Shown here: positions 9,793 to 18,524 of the stretch, in pieces
How positions within the stretch are numbered: the stretch's first letter is position 1
How the letters are laid out: the number at the start of each line of letters is the position of its first letter
Source: Raphidiopsis brookii D9
Lineage (GTDB): Bacteria > Cyanobacteriota > Cyanobacteriia > Cyanobacteriales > Nostocaceae
Direction: 5' to 3'
DNA: 32,000 bases
Assembly: GCA_000175855.1 (NCBI GenBank)
Contig: ACYB01000001.1
Coordinates: 1 to 32,000 of the forward strand
The notes under the pieces: generated by a model
Told to the model about the DNA's origin: nothing
Seen by the model: only the letters and a program-made list of their open reading frames with translations
Databases searched by the model: none
Position numbers and translations under genes: made by a program

Positions 9793-9945
9793 TTACCAGG
9801 ATGCTAACCTACGTCTTTTATAGGGCACACCCGTAAAAGGTTGAAAACCAGTTATGGGATAAGCATCATCGGTGGGGCTGAATATGCGCATAAAAGCTTC
9901 ACTGAGGAATTGAACGACTCTGGAAAGCGATTTGGAGATCATCAT
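9793..9945 (-). CDS. Small unannotated ORF, 50 aa
   Basis: Manual translation: MMISKSLSRVVQFLSEAFMRIFSPTDDAYPITGFQPFTGVPYKRRRLASW*. Shine-Dalgarno-like AAGGAG on the minus strand ~12 nt before ATG; below the 60-aa cutoff of the ORF track. Confidence 0.55.
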   Translation of the reverse strand: MMISKSLSRVVQFLSEAFMRIFSPTDDAYPITGFQPFTGVPYKRRRLASW

Positions 9946-10186
9946 AAATTTCGACTCCTTATTATTATGCTATTTATTTGATGTACCTGCAGTGTAATAC
10001 CAAATCTTGGGACTGACTCATTTTTGTAATATATATATAAGTAACTCAACTTTTCTTAAAAGTCCAATTAAAAGCTCAATTGGAGTAGTTTTAGGTGAGT
10101 TTTATTGGTATAAAATAAACTTGAGATTATCTTTATTACAGAAAATATAGTCTTGCTGTCCACCTTATGAGTAGGAAACTAGAGAA

Positions 10187-10813
10187 ATGTCGATTTTAGA
10201 AATCAAGCTACCCATTCATGAAACCTTTCAGAGTACAGTTCAAGGTGAGGGATATTGGACTGGTTCTTTAGTAGATTTTATTCGCTTGTCCGGTTGTCCG
10301 TTGGGTTGTCCTTGGTGCGACACTGGTTATGCTGATGGTGGGGCAAACTTACCGCGATTTGAGCGTACCATTGGTGAGCTTTTAGCAGAAATAAAATCTC
10401 CGAGAATAGTTATTAGCGGTGGCGAACCATTCATTCACAAGCATTTACCTGAATTAGTTCAAGCCTTGTTGGGTGCTGGTAAACAAGTGAGTATTGAAAC
10501 ATCAGGATCCTTTTGGAAAGAAGTTTCTTTATCAGCTTGGATTACCCTATCTCCTAAGGAACATATTAACCCTAAATATCCAGTGCAGAATCAGTTTTGG
10601 AGTAGAGCTAATGAAGCGAAAATAGTGATAGAAACTGGTCAGGAAATTGATTTTTATCAAGAATATTTATCTGCTCGCCCTGATTTGTATGTTTACCTAC
10701 AACCTGAGTGGAATAGTTCATCAAAATCACTGGCTCTGATTTTGCAATTATTACAACAAAAACCCGATTATAAACTTTCTTTACAAACACACAAATATAT
10801 AGGATTACAATAG
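10187..10813 (+). CDS. queE: 7-carboxy-7-deazaguanine synthase QueE (radical SAM)
   Basis: FQSTVQGEGYWTG, CPLGCPWCDT (CxxxCxxC), VISGGEPFIH, VSIETSG. Confidence 0.88.
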   Translation: MSILEIKLPIHETFQSTVQGEGYWTGSLVDFIRLSGCPLGCPWCDTGYADGGANLPRFERTIGELLAEIKSPRIVISGGEPFIHKHLPELVQALLGAGKQVSIETSGSFWKEVSLSAWITLSPKEHINPKYPVQNQFWSRANEAKIVIETGQEIDFYQEYLSARPDLYVYLQPEWNSSSKSLALILQLLQQKPDYKLSLQTHKYIGLQ

Positions 10814-10820
10814 GTGGGGG

Positions 10821-10970
10821 ATGAAATATGTAGAGAACCTGGCTCTAAAACAAATACGGGAATCTAACTATGCAAAAAAGTATAGGGGAGAACCAGGTAA
10901 AACCGTCCATGAACTGGGGTTGGTGTTCAGCTCTAGCAAACGTAACCTCATTCAAGCAGATTGGGAATAA
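10821..10970 (+). pseudogene. C-terminal remnant of an AAA-ATPase/PD-(D/E)XK nuclease-superfamily (DUF1703-like) gene
   Basis: Manual translation: MKYVENLALKQIRESNYAKKYRGEPGKTVHELGLVFSSSKRNLIQADWE*. Resembles the 'ALxQIxxxxYxxKY...GxxFSxxxRNI' C-termini of this family; no upstream domain in frame. Confidence 0.5.
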
Positions 10971-11031
10971 ATTAAGATAGGCAATATTGGGTTTTCTCAA
11001 CCCAACCTACAGTTACCTACAACAAAACCAA

Positions 11032-12213
11032 ATGACCGACTATAGAAAAGAAATCCTATCTGGAGAATCCGAAGAACTGGAATTTAAACGCTCCACGTCT
11101 CTACTAAAAGAAGCTACCCAGACTCTATGTGCTTTTGCTAATCACAAAGGCGGTGTACTGTACTTTGGTGTATCCGATGACGGAACTGTGGTTGGGCAAA
11201 TGGTAAGTGATGATACATTAAAAAACATTGCTAATACCATTAAGCTCAACACAGATCCCAAACTGTATCCCCAAGTGGAAAAAGTGGAGATTGAAGGCAA
11301 ATCTTGTATTCGGGTATGCATTGAGCAGAGCCCATTAAAACCCCATGTTGCCTATGGCAGACCCTATATCCGGATTGGCCCCACCACCCAGCAGTTAGAT
11401 CAGGAGCAGTACCGAATCCTGCTCCAACAAAGAACCAACGGTTATGGATTTGATTTCCAGTCTTGTCCTAGTGCCACTTTAGCAGATATAGACGAAACAA
11501 CCGTGCAAAGGTTCATGGAAACAGCCAATGCTGTCCGTGATTTCAATCAGAACCTCTACCTACCAGTTGATCAGGTTATGGAAAAGCTGGATCTAGTCAA
11601 GAATGACGCAGTTAGCAATGCAGCAGTGCTTCTTTTTGGAAAAAACCCCGCCTGCTTCTTTTCCACCCACTATGAGGTCAAGGTGGCAAGTTTTCCTACA
11701 GATATGGGTTATGATGAAATGACAAATAATTATGAGTATACAGGTAATTTACTCGATATTTTTGGCAAGTCTATGGATTTCCTTTTGGGTAGCATAAGGA
11801 AATCATATAGGAAGGGCGAACAACAAGGTGTTGAAATTCTTGAATTCCCCAGGTTGATGCTGCGGGAGGCTTTGGTCAATCTGATTTCCCACCGAGATTA
11901 CCGTGTGGATGTTAAATCCACCATCGAAGTCAGACCCTCCTATATTCTTTTCTACAACCCTGCTCAACTGTTTACGCCCACTATTACTATTGACGCTCTC
12001 AAGCGACACCATCCATCAAGACCTGGTAATAAATTAATCGCCAGAGTGTTTTATATGATGGGTTTGTTTGAGAACTGGGGTGGGGGCACACTCAAGATTA
12101 TTGAAAGTGCTAGAGAAAGTACGGGTATAGACCCAGAGTTTACCTTTGAAAATGGTATGTTTTCCTTGAAGATTTATCGAAAACCAACTAATGTCAACCA
12201 ATGTGTGATGTGA
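11032..12213 (+). CDS. AlbA_2 (Schlafen-like) domain ATP-binding / putative transcriptional regulator
   Basis: ORF given as 10987..12213 (TTG start); MTDYRKEILSGESEELEFKRS at 11032 is the likelier start. SEELEFKRS, FANHKGGVLYFGVSDDG, LREALVNLISHRDY, FENWGGGTLKII motifs of the COG2865 family. Confidence 0.85.
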   Translation: MTDYRKEILSGESEELEFKRSTSLLKEATQTLCAFANHKGGVLYFGVSDDGTVVGQMVSDDTLKNIANTIKLNTDPKLYPQVEKVEIEGKSCIRVCIEQSPLKPHVAYGRPYIRIGPTTQQLDQEQYRILLQQRTNGYGFDFQSCPSATLADIDETTVQRFMETANAVRDFNQNLYLPVDQVMEKLDLVKNDAVSNAAVLLFGKNPACFFSTHYEVKVASFPTDMGYDEMTNNYEYTGNLLDIFGKSMDFLLGSIRKSYRKGEQQGVEILEFPRLMLREALVNLISHRDYRVDVKSTIEVRPSYILFYNPAQLFTPTITIDALKRHHPSRPGNKLIARVFYMMGLFENWGGGTLKIIESARESTGIDPEFTFENGMFSLKIYRKPTNVNQCVM

Positions 12214-12252
12214 TCAGCTTTTTTTCACTAATAGCCAAAGGAAACAATCAAA

Positions 12253-12702
12253 ATGACTCAATCAATCGTTGGTAAGTCTTTGTATGAGTCCGATTTCTGG
12301 TTATGGACTCAGGATACCATAGCTAAACTCAAAGCTAGAGATTTTGACCATCTAGACCTAGAAAACTTGTTGGAAGAGATTGAAGCATTGGGACGATCGG
12401 AAAAAAAAGAATTGGCCAGCAGACTAGAAACCTTATTATGTCATCTTCTAAAGCGAATTTATGTTAATTTACCTCAAGAGTTTAATGGTTGGGAGCGCAC
12501 TATAAGGGAACAACGAAGACGTTTAGTCCAATCGCTCAGAAAAACCCCTAGTTTGAAAACCTTTTGGCAAGAACTACTTAGTGATGCTTGGGAGCTTGCA
12601 CTAGATACGGTTCGAGACGATTACCCCCAGTATGAATTTCCGGATACCTGGGAGTTTGGAACTGATATTGATACCATGCTCAATGCCAACTTTTGGGAAT
12701 AG
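12253..12702 (+). CDS. DUF29 family protein
   Basis: YESDFWLWTQDTIAKLKARDFDHLDLENLLEEIEALGRSEKKEL is the DUF29 N-terminal signature. Confidence 0.85.
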   Translation: MTQSIVGKSLYESDFWLWTQDTIAKLKARDFDHLDLENLLEEIEALGRSEKKELASRLETLLCHLLKRIYVNLPQEFNGWERTIREQRRRLVQSLRKTPSLKTFWQELLSDAWELALDTVRDDYPQYEFPDTWEFGTDIDTMLNANFWE

Positions 12703-12774
12703 CGATCGCAAACTGCATTGCTTGACACTCCCTGCTAAAATAGACAGATAACCCAGAAAACCCCAACTAACCCC

Positions 12775-13242
12775 ATGGTTCAAGCAACAAACCTCACCTC
12801 GCTTTACGAACAGGATTATCCTGCTTGGTTAGATTTAACCCTAGCACAGCTTAAGCAGCAAGATTTCAGTGCCATTGACTGGGGAAATTTAATTGAGGAA
12901 ATAGGCGCATTGGGAAGGGAACAACGTTATAAAGTGGAAAGTTATTTATTGCGACTCCTTATCCACTTACTACTGTACGAGCATTGGCAAAGTGAACGCT
13001 CTTGGTCAGGTAAAGGTTGGGAAAAGGAGATTGATAATTTTCGGTTAGAGCTTGATTCTCTACTAGAGTCCCAGGTTCTTCGTAACCACTTCTTGGAAAT
13101 CCTAGCAAAGGACTACGCCAAAGCTCGGAAACTGGCTATCAAAAAGTCCGGGTTATCACCGACCATCTTTCCAGAGATTTGTCCCTATACTCTGGAGCAA
13201 ATGCTTGATTTCGGTTGGTTACCTAAAAAATTTGGAGATTAA
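12775..13242 (+). CDS. DUF29 family protein (second paralogue)
   Basis: YEQDYPAWLDLTLAQLKQQDFSAIDWGNLIEEIGALGREQRYKVESYL; co-directional neighbour of the previous DUF29 gene. Confidence 0.85.
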   Translation: MVQATNLTSLYEQDYPAWLDLTLAQLKQQDFSAIDWGNLIEEIGALGREQRYKVESYLLRLLIHLLLYEHWQSERSWSGKGWEKEIDNFRLELDSLLESQVLRNHFLEILAKDYAKARKLAIKKSGLSPTIFPEICPYTLEQMLDFGWLPKKFGD

Positions 13243-13276
13243 CCATAAAATAAACCATAAAATAAACCATAAAATA

Positions 13277-14008
13277 TTACAATCCATCATCTACATCTCC
13301 CCATAGGGGTAGATGACCGACCGGTGCGGTTATGGTAAAGTTAATATCAGAGTAGTCAAGCCATTTTCCTTCTCTTCTCCATCCTACTCGATCTCCAAAT
13401 TCTCTCCAAATTAGAAGATCGTAGTTTTTACCCCCTCCTAAACTCTCATATATTCTTCGCTGGACTGAGAAACCAAATTTTCCACCACTGTGTTCTAACC
13501 ATAATTGGTCAATGATATGCAGGTCAAAACAGGGAAAATTCTCAATGTCCTGTAACTGTAAGTAGCCTTGTTCTGTTCGTTTTGCCACTATCAACATTAT
13601 CTTTTGTGTTTCCAAATCTGCTTGTTTCCATTTCTTGGCCTTGAGCAATTTGTTTAGTTTCGTGTAAATATTAACTGCTGATCCTTCGGGAGTATGAGAT
13701 GTGTCCGTAATTAGTGTTTTGTTGTTATTGATAGCGCTAATTAATCCACTACATTTAAATAGTAGACTGTAGACCACATCCTTGACCTCTGGGGTTTCTA
13801 GCTTGTCGTTGAGAATGCTAAGGAGGAATTTTGTCCCCTCCTTTCCATAGTTTAAGGCTTGCTGTATTATTTCTGTCCTTCTGTTAGGTGGAGAACTGTA
13901 ATAGTTGATTATCAGTCCTGCTATTCCACTTACAGCAGGATTGTTTGGTACATTGTCAATACTGGTCAGTGCGGCATCGTATTTAGACAATTCTATTGTG
14001 TTGCTCAT
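13277..14008 (-). CDS. GUN4 domain-containing protein
   Basis: IENFPCFDLHIIDQLWLEHSGGKFGFSVQRRIYESLGG...FGDRVGWRREGKWLDYSDINFTITAPVGHLPL. Confidence 0.88.
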   Translation of the reverse strand: MSNTIELSKYDAALTSIDNVPNNPAVSGIAGLIINYYSSPPNRRTEIIQQALNYGKEGTKFLLSILNDKLETPEVKDVVYSLLFKCSGLISAINNNKTLITDTSHTPEGSAVNIYTKLNKLLKAKKWKQADLETQKIMLIVAKRTEQGYLQLQDIENFPCFDLHIIDQLWLEHSGGKFGFSVQRRIYESLGGGKNYDLLIWREFGDRVGWRREGKWLDYSDINFTITAPVGHLPLWGDVDDGL

Positions 14009-14111
14009 GAATATATCGGTAGATAGTTTTTACATGATTCTTACTACAAGAGGTTTTATGAGATTACGGTTTGCTCGGCACATTTAGATACGCGAAAATT
14101 TTGCTCATTTA

Positions 14112-16103
14112 CTACTCATATTCATCCAAACTGTATATTTCCAAGTCACTATCCATTGATGCACCAATTCCTGCTAGATCAAAATTGTCATCTGTGAGCT
14201 GAGTGATTTGTCCCGAGAAGAATTCAGCCAAACTTTTAGCTGCTTTAGCTACTTGACTCTCGTTCCAGTTGGAAACTGACCCATTAGATGTAGGTGATTG
14301 ATTGGTTGTGACTCTGGAATCTGATTCCCTGTTGTGTGGATGGGATGGAGTGCTTGGATTAGGTGTCAACTTATTGACTAGTGGTGGGTTACTAGCTGGA
14401 TTGTTGACTGGATTATCAACTATTGTATCAACTGTTTCAATTTTGGGGGATGGGATTGGTTGTGGTACTGGTTGATAAACACGGGTGGAATCTTCTGGTA
14501 TGGAATTTCTTCTGGTGGTGGTAGGCGAGGAATTTGTCTTTTCTAACTGAATCTCAATATGGCGCTGAAAGGTCTGATGAAAGGCATTTTGAATAATCCC
14601 TAGGTCTGATTTACCTTTCTCGTACCATGCTTGTTTAATGCCAATCTTGGCTAAATTACCATCAAATTCTAATAGTTGACTCATCTGACGGAGCATTTCT
14701 CTCCTGGATGCTGGTTGAAGATTGGCCAATACTTGATACCAAATTTGATTTAGGTCATATTCGGATGATGATGGTATTTCTTGTCTTGTTATATTGGGTG
14801 TTTTATCAGATCCATTAGGTAGTGCTTCTGATGAGCTGGATGTAGCTTGTTCTGGGTAATGATGGGAATGCTGGGAATTATTGGTGGGAGGGTTTGCTTG
14901 TTGATAGTCTTGTCGATAAACATGGGATGGTGACACATTGTGGTTAGTCCCATTCTGGTTTTGTATATTCCCTAGATGGAGTGATGGGTTAGATGGAGCT
15001 ACCATGGAGTTCTGGGTAATAGGTAGCAGTCCCAGTAGGGTCACTTCTAGCCATAAACGCGGCTGGGTGGTACTCTTTAATTGTGCTTCGGCTGTTCTTA
15101 ATTGTTGCTGTCCACGTAAAATAAATGTTATGTCTAATTCAGTCGCAAAGTTCACTAATTGTTGCCATGTTTCTTGAGTACAACTCACTAGATCCTGACG
15201 GCTAGAGGCAGTTTTAGCTATCAGTAAATCTCGGTAAAAAGCCCCCAGATTTTGCAGAATAATTAGGGGTTCTCTACCCCTGTCTAAAATCTTGCGTGTG
15301 TTATCTAGTACATTCTCACTGTCATTTTGAGCGATCGCCTGTAATAGGGCAAATAAATCCTTTTCGCTAACGGATCCGACTAAATCCCAAACTTGCTCTG
15401 GGGAAACGTCTCCGGGTAATAAAGCCAATTGGTCTAATAAACTTTCAGCATCTCGTAAACCCCCCTGAGATATTTGGGCAACTAGGGTAATAGCGTCTTG
15501 GGAAATAGGGATATTTTCGTTATGAGCGATTTTAGATAAATGTTTTACCATTGCTTCCAACTGAATCCGGCGAAAGTCAAATCTTTGACAACGGGAAATA
15601 ATAGTTGGCAATACTCTTTGAGGGTCAGTTGTAGCCAGGACAAAAACTACGTGTTTAGGTGGTTCCTCTAAGGTTTTAAGTAGTGCATTAAATGCTGCCG
15701 TACTTAACATGTGACACTCATCAATTACATAAACCTTATATCGACACTGGACGGGGGCAAATTGGGCCTTTTCTATTAGTTCGCGAATATTATCCACACC
15801 CGTATTACTAGCAGCGTCAATTTCAATCACATCCAGGGAATAACCCTTGGTAATGCCTTGACAAATATCACATACACCACAGGGGGTGGGAGTGGGATGA
15901 CCACTTTGGAGACAATTTAATGATTTGGCCAAAATCCTCGCACTGGAAGTTTTCCCCGTACCCCTGGGACCTGTAAATAAATAAGCTGGAGCAACCTTGA
16001 CTAAACTAATAGCATTTGTCAGTGTGGTGGCAATTGCTTCCTGTCCAACTAGTTCAGCAAAACTCTTGGGGCGATACTTATGATGTAGGGGCTCGTAGGA
16101 CAT
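14112..16103 (-). CDS. dnaX: DNA polymerase III subunits gamma/tau
   Basis: YEPLHHKYRPKSFAELVGQEAI, YLFTGPRGTGKTSSARILAKSLNC, zinc-binding cysteines, VYVIDECHMLSTAAFNALLKTLEEPP. Confidence 0.95.
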   Translation of the reverse strand: MSYEPLHHKYRPKSFAELVGQEAIATTLTNAISLVKVAPAYLFTGPRGTGKTSSARILAKSLNCLQSGHPTPTPCGVCDICQGITKGYSLDVIEIDAASNTGVDNIRELIEKAQFAPVQCRYKVYVIDECHMLSTAAFNALLKTLEEPPKHVVFVLATTDPQRVLPTIISRCQRFDFRRIQLEAMVKHLSKIAHNENIPISQDAITLVAQISQGGLRDAESLLDQLALLPGDVSPEQVWDLVGSVSEKDLFALLQAIAQNDSENVLDNTRKILDRGREPLIILQNLGAFYRDLLIAKTASSRQDLVSCTQETWQQLVNFATELDITFILRGQQQLRTAEAQLKSTTQPRLWLEVTLLGLLPITQNSMVAPSNPSLHLGNIQNQNGTNHNVSPSHVYRQDYQQANPPTNNSQHSHHYPEQATSSSSEALPNGSDKTPNITRQEIPSSSEYDLNQIWYQVLANLQPASRREMLRQMSQLLEFDGNLAKIGIKQAWYEKGKSDLGIIQNAFHQTFQRHIEIQLEKTNSSPTTTRRNSIPEDSTRVYQPVPQPIPSPKIETVDTIVDNPVNNPASNPPLVNKLTPNPSTPSHPHNRESDSRVTTNQSPTSNGSVSNWNESQVAKAAKSLAEFFSGQITQLTDDNFDLAGIGASMDSDLEIYSLDEYE

Positions 16104-16417
16104 GGGTAGTCTAGTTTCTATACCAGAATATAATTAGATCAAGTTCGACCAGTCAATACGTTTTAATTCTAGGCAATTTTGAAACATTATTAGCAAATAT
16201 TTAACCATGTTACATCACGTCTAACAATTCTTAGGTGTTCGATTTGCTCCAAGGGTTAGAAGTTAAGGACCTCAAACAACTATACTTATACTAACCCCCA
16301 AAGCCTAGATTGTCAATTGAGTCATGCTTTGCTGTTTGATCTGGGTTGGGGGTTCATCTTTACCCGGACATTTTTAGATAAAGGTAAACCCTTGCTTCCA
16401 AACCTATCCAAACTTAA

Positions 16418-17062
16418 ATGATAGAACAAATGTTAAACCGTGTAGTTAAATGGCTTAAACAAATTCTAAAAAGAGTATCTCAAGCCTTATCTGGTCAAAG
16501 ACGTAGATCTAGCCAGTCGCCACAAAATGGCGAGGAAAAGAGCATACCACCCTTAAGTGACACAGATTTAGAATTTTTGTTCACAGAACTTTTGACAGGG
16601 GTTCGTCAGGCCAAGGGACGGACCTGGGCGCGAAACTGGTTACATCAAATTGAACATCGGGTCACTACTGGTCAATGGTTAGACTGGTTACACAAGTTTG
16701 GTAATAAATTATTAAATTCCAAAAATCCCCACAACGAGATGGCATCTCGTCTAGTACAGTTAGGGGAGTTAGACGTAGGTGAAGTAGGTGATCTAGCCTA
16801 TGAGATAGGCATGGAGTTATTAACTCGCATTCCCATAGAACCAATATGGGAATATGACGGACCCGACGGGGAGATAGTAGAAAGTCCAGCAGAGGAAAAC
16901 TTATCCTTAGAAGAACAAGTAGTAACTCAGGATGATTTATTGGCTATTTTGCGAGAAAATGAACCCCTGCGCCGACAAATATCTCAAGATCTACAAATAG
17001 ATTCGGATGATCCCCAGGTGATTCTTGAGGGTATAATCGACCAAGCAAAAGAGAATCCCTAA
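16418..17062 (+). CDS. Conserved-looking hypothetical protein
   Basis: 214-aa uninterrupted ORF upstream of rpsA; family not recognised. Confidence 0.6.
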   Translation: MIEQMLNRVVKWLKQILKRVSQALSGQRRRSSQSPQNGEEKSIPPLSDTDLEFLFTELLTGVRQAKGRTWARNWLHQIEHRVTTGQWLDWLHKFGNKLLNSKNPHNEMASRLVQLGELDVGEVGDLAYEIGMELLTRIPIEPIWEYDGPDGEIVESPAEENLSLEEQVVTQDDLLAILRENEPLRRQISQDLQIDSDDPQVILEGIIDQAKENP

Positions 17063-17197
17063 CTCACTTCGGTTAAGACATTTAACCGCCAACAACTCAC
17101 CTGGATTTGAGAATTTTATTCTATTGTGTTCTCCAAAGAGTTGGAAAAAATTTTTAGATGTGATAGAATAATCTATCTAAAAGATAATATGTGTAAG

Positions 17198-17215
17198 CCT
17201 AGCTTCCGGGCTAGG
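17198..17215 (+). promoter_or_regulatory. Small hairpin in rpsA upstream/leader region
   Basis: CCTAGC-TTCCGG-GCTAGG perfect 6-bp stem ~160 nt upstream of the rpsA ATG. Confidence 0.3.
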
Positions 17216-17377
17216 ATCAGGTAAGGATGTAAGTGTAGATTTACAAGGGACTGGCCAAGTACCCCCTAGGGGATAGCTTAACTAGTTTTTTGCTACACTA
17301 TAAACAATCGCCTTATGGCATATAGATCGTTAACTTTGACAAAAACTTACGGAGACTAGAACCAGGAACAAATCAGC

Positions 17378-18409
17378 ATGGTCAATCAGAACTTAACCGC
17401 CAAAGAAATTGGATTTACTCACGAAGATTTCGCTGCTCTACTTGATAAGTACGATTATCACTTCAGCCCTGGTGATATTGTACCAGGTACAGTGTTTAGT
17501 ATAGAGCCGCGTGGCGCTCTGATTGACATTGGTGCTAAAACAGCAGCATACATACCTATACAGGAAATGTCTATTAACCGGGTGGATGCCCCGGAAGAAG
17601 TCTTACAATCAAATGAAACGCGGGAATTTTTCATTCTCACTGATGAAAACGAAGATGGTCAGTTGACTCTGTCTATTCGTCGTATTGAATACATGAGAGC
17701 ATGGGAAAGAGTGCGGCAATTACAGAAAGAAGATGCCACTGTCCGTTCTGATGTTTTTGCAACTAATCGTGGCGGTGCATTAGTACGAATCGAAGGACTC
17801 AGGGGTTTCATTCCCGGTTCCCATATTAGCACTCGCAAGCCCAAAGAAGAACTAGTAGGGGAACAACTGCCCTTAAAATTCCTAGAAGTGGATGAGGAGC
17901 GTAACCGCTTGGTCCTCTCCCATCGTCGGGCACTGGTTGAACGTAAGATGAACCGCTTGGAAGTGGGAGAGGTAGTAATTGGTACTGTTCGCGGCATCAA
18001 ACCTTATGGTGCATTTATTGATATTGGTGGTGTAAGCGGACTACTACATATCTCTGAAATCTCTCAGGAGCATATAGACACGCCCCATAGTGTATTTAAT
18101 GTAAATGACGAAGTAAAAGTCATGATCATTGATTTAGATGCTGAGAGAGGTCGTATTTCCCTATCTACCAAGCAATTGGAGCCCGAACCCGGGGACATGA
18201 TTAAGAATCGTGATTTAGTCTATGACAAGGCTGAAGAAATGGCAGCTAAGTATAGGGAACAAATGTTAGCTAAACAGCAGGGTATTGCCGTTGCACCAGT
18301 GGAAGGATCAGAAACCGCACCGGTGGAAGAACTAGAAGTAGTTGCTGAAACCGAAGTTCCACCAGCAATTGAAGTGGAAGAAGAAATCCCGGTGGCGGTG
18401 GAAGAGTAA
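17378..18409 (+). CDS. rpsA: 30S ribosomal protein S1 (cyanobacterial short form)
   Basis: Multiple S1 domains: PGDIVPGTVFSIEPRGALIDIGAKTAAYIP, RGGALVRIEGLRGFIPGSHIS, VGEVVIGTVRGIKPYGAFIDIGGVSGLLHISEIS. Confidence 0.95.
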   Translation: MVNQNLTAKEIGFTHEDFAALLDKYDYHFSPGDIVPGTVFSIEPRGALIDIGAKTAAYIPIQEMSINRVDAPEEVLQSNETREFFILTDENEDGQLTLSIRRIEYMRAWERVRQLQKEDATVRSDVFATNRGGALVRIEGLRGFIPGSHISTRKPKEELVGEQLPLKFLEVDEERNRLVLSHRRALVERKMNRLEVGEVVIGTVRGIKPYGAFIDIGGVSGLLHISEISQEHIDTPHSVFNVNDEVKVMIIDLDAERGRISLSTKQLEPEPGDMIKNRDLVYDKAEEMAAKYREQMLAKQQGIAVAPVEGSETAPVEELEVVAETEVPPAIEVEEEIPVAVEE

Positions 18410-18524
18410 CATATCTGTTGTGGTTATCTACAGCAAAACACTTAAACAAGAGGGTAATTCCCCTCTTTTTTATTTTTGCTAACTGGCATTGTTAATCTTA
18501 ATTAGTCTTATGGAGGTTAGACAC

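Noticed and set aside
10608-10790. 60-aa minus-strand ORF
   Set aside because: Shadow of queE.
14938-15177. 79-aa plus-strand ORF
   Set aside because: Antisense to dnaX; no support.
14112-16103. dnaX intein, as reported in some cyanobacteria
   Set aside because: The ORF is 663 aa with contiguous ATPase motifs and no inserted splicing domain.
17458-18000. Minus-strand ORFs of 60 and 113 aa
   Set aside because: Antisense to rpsA, low-complexity shadow translation.
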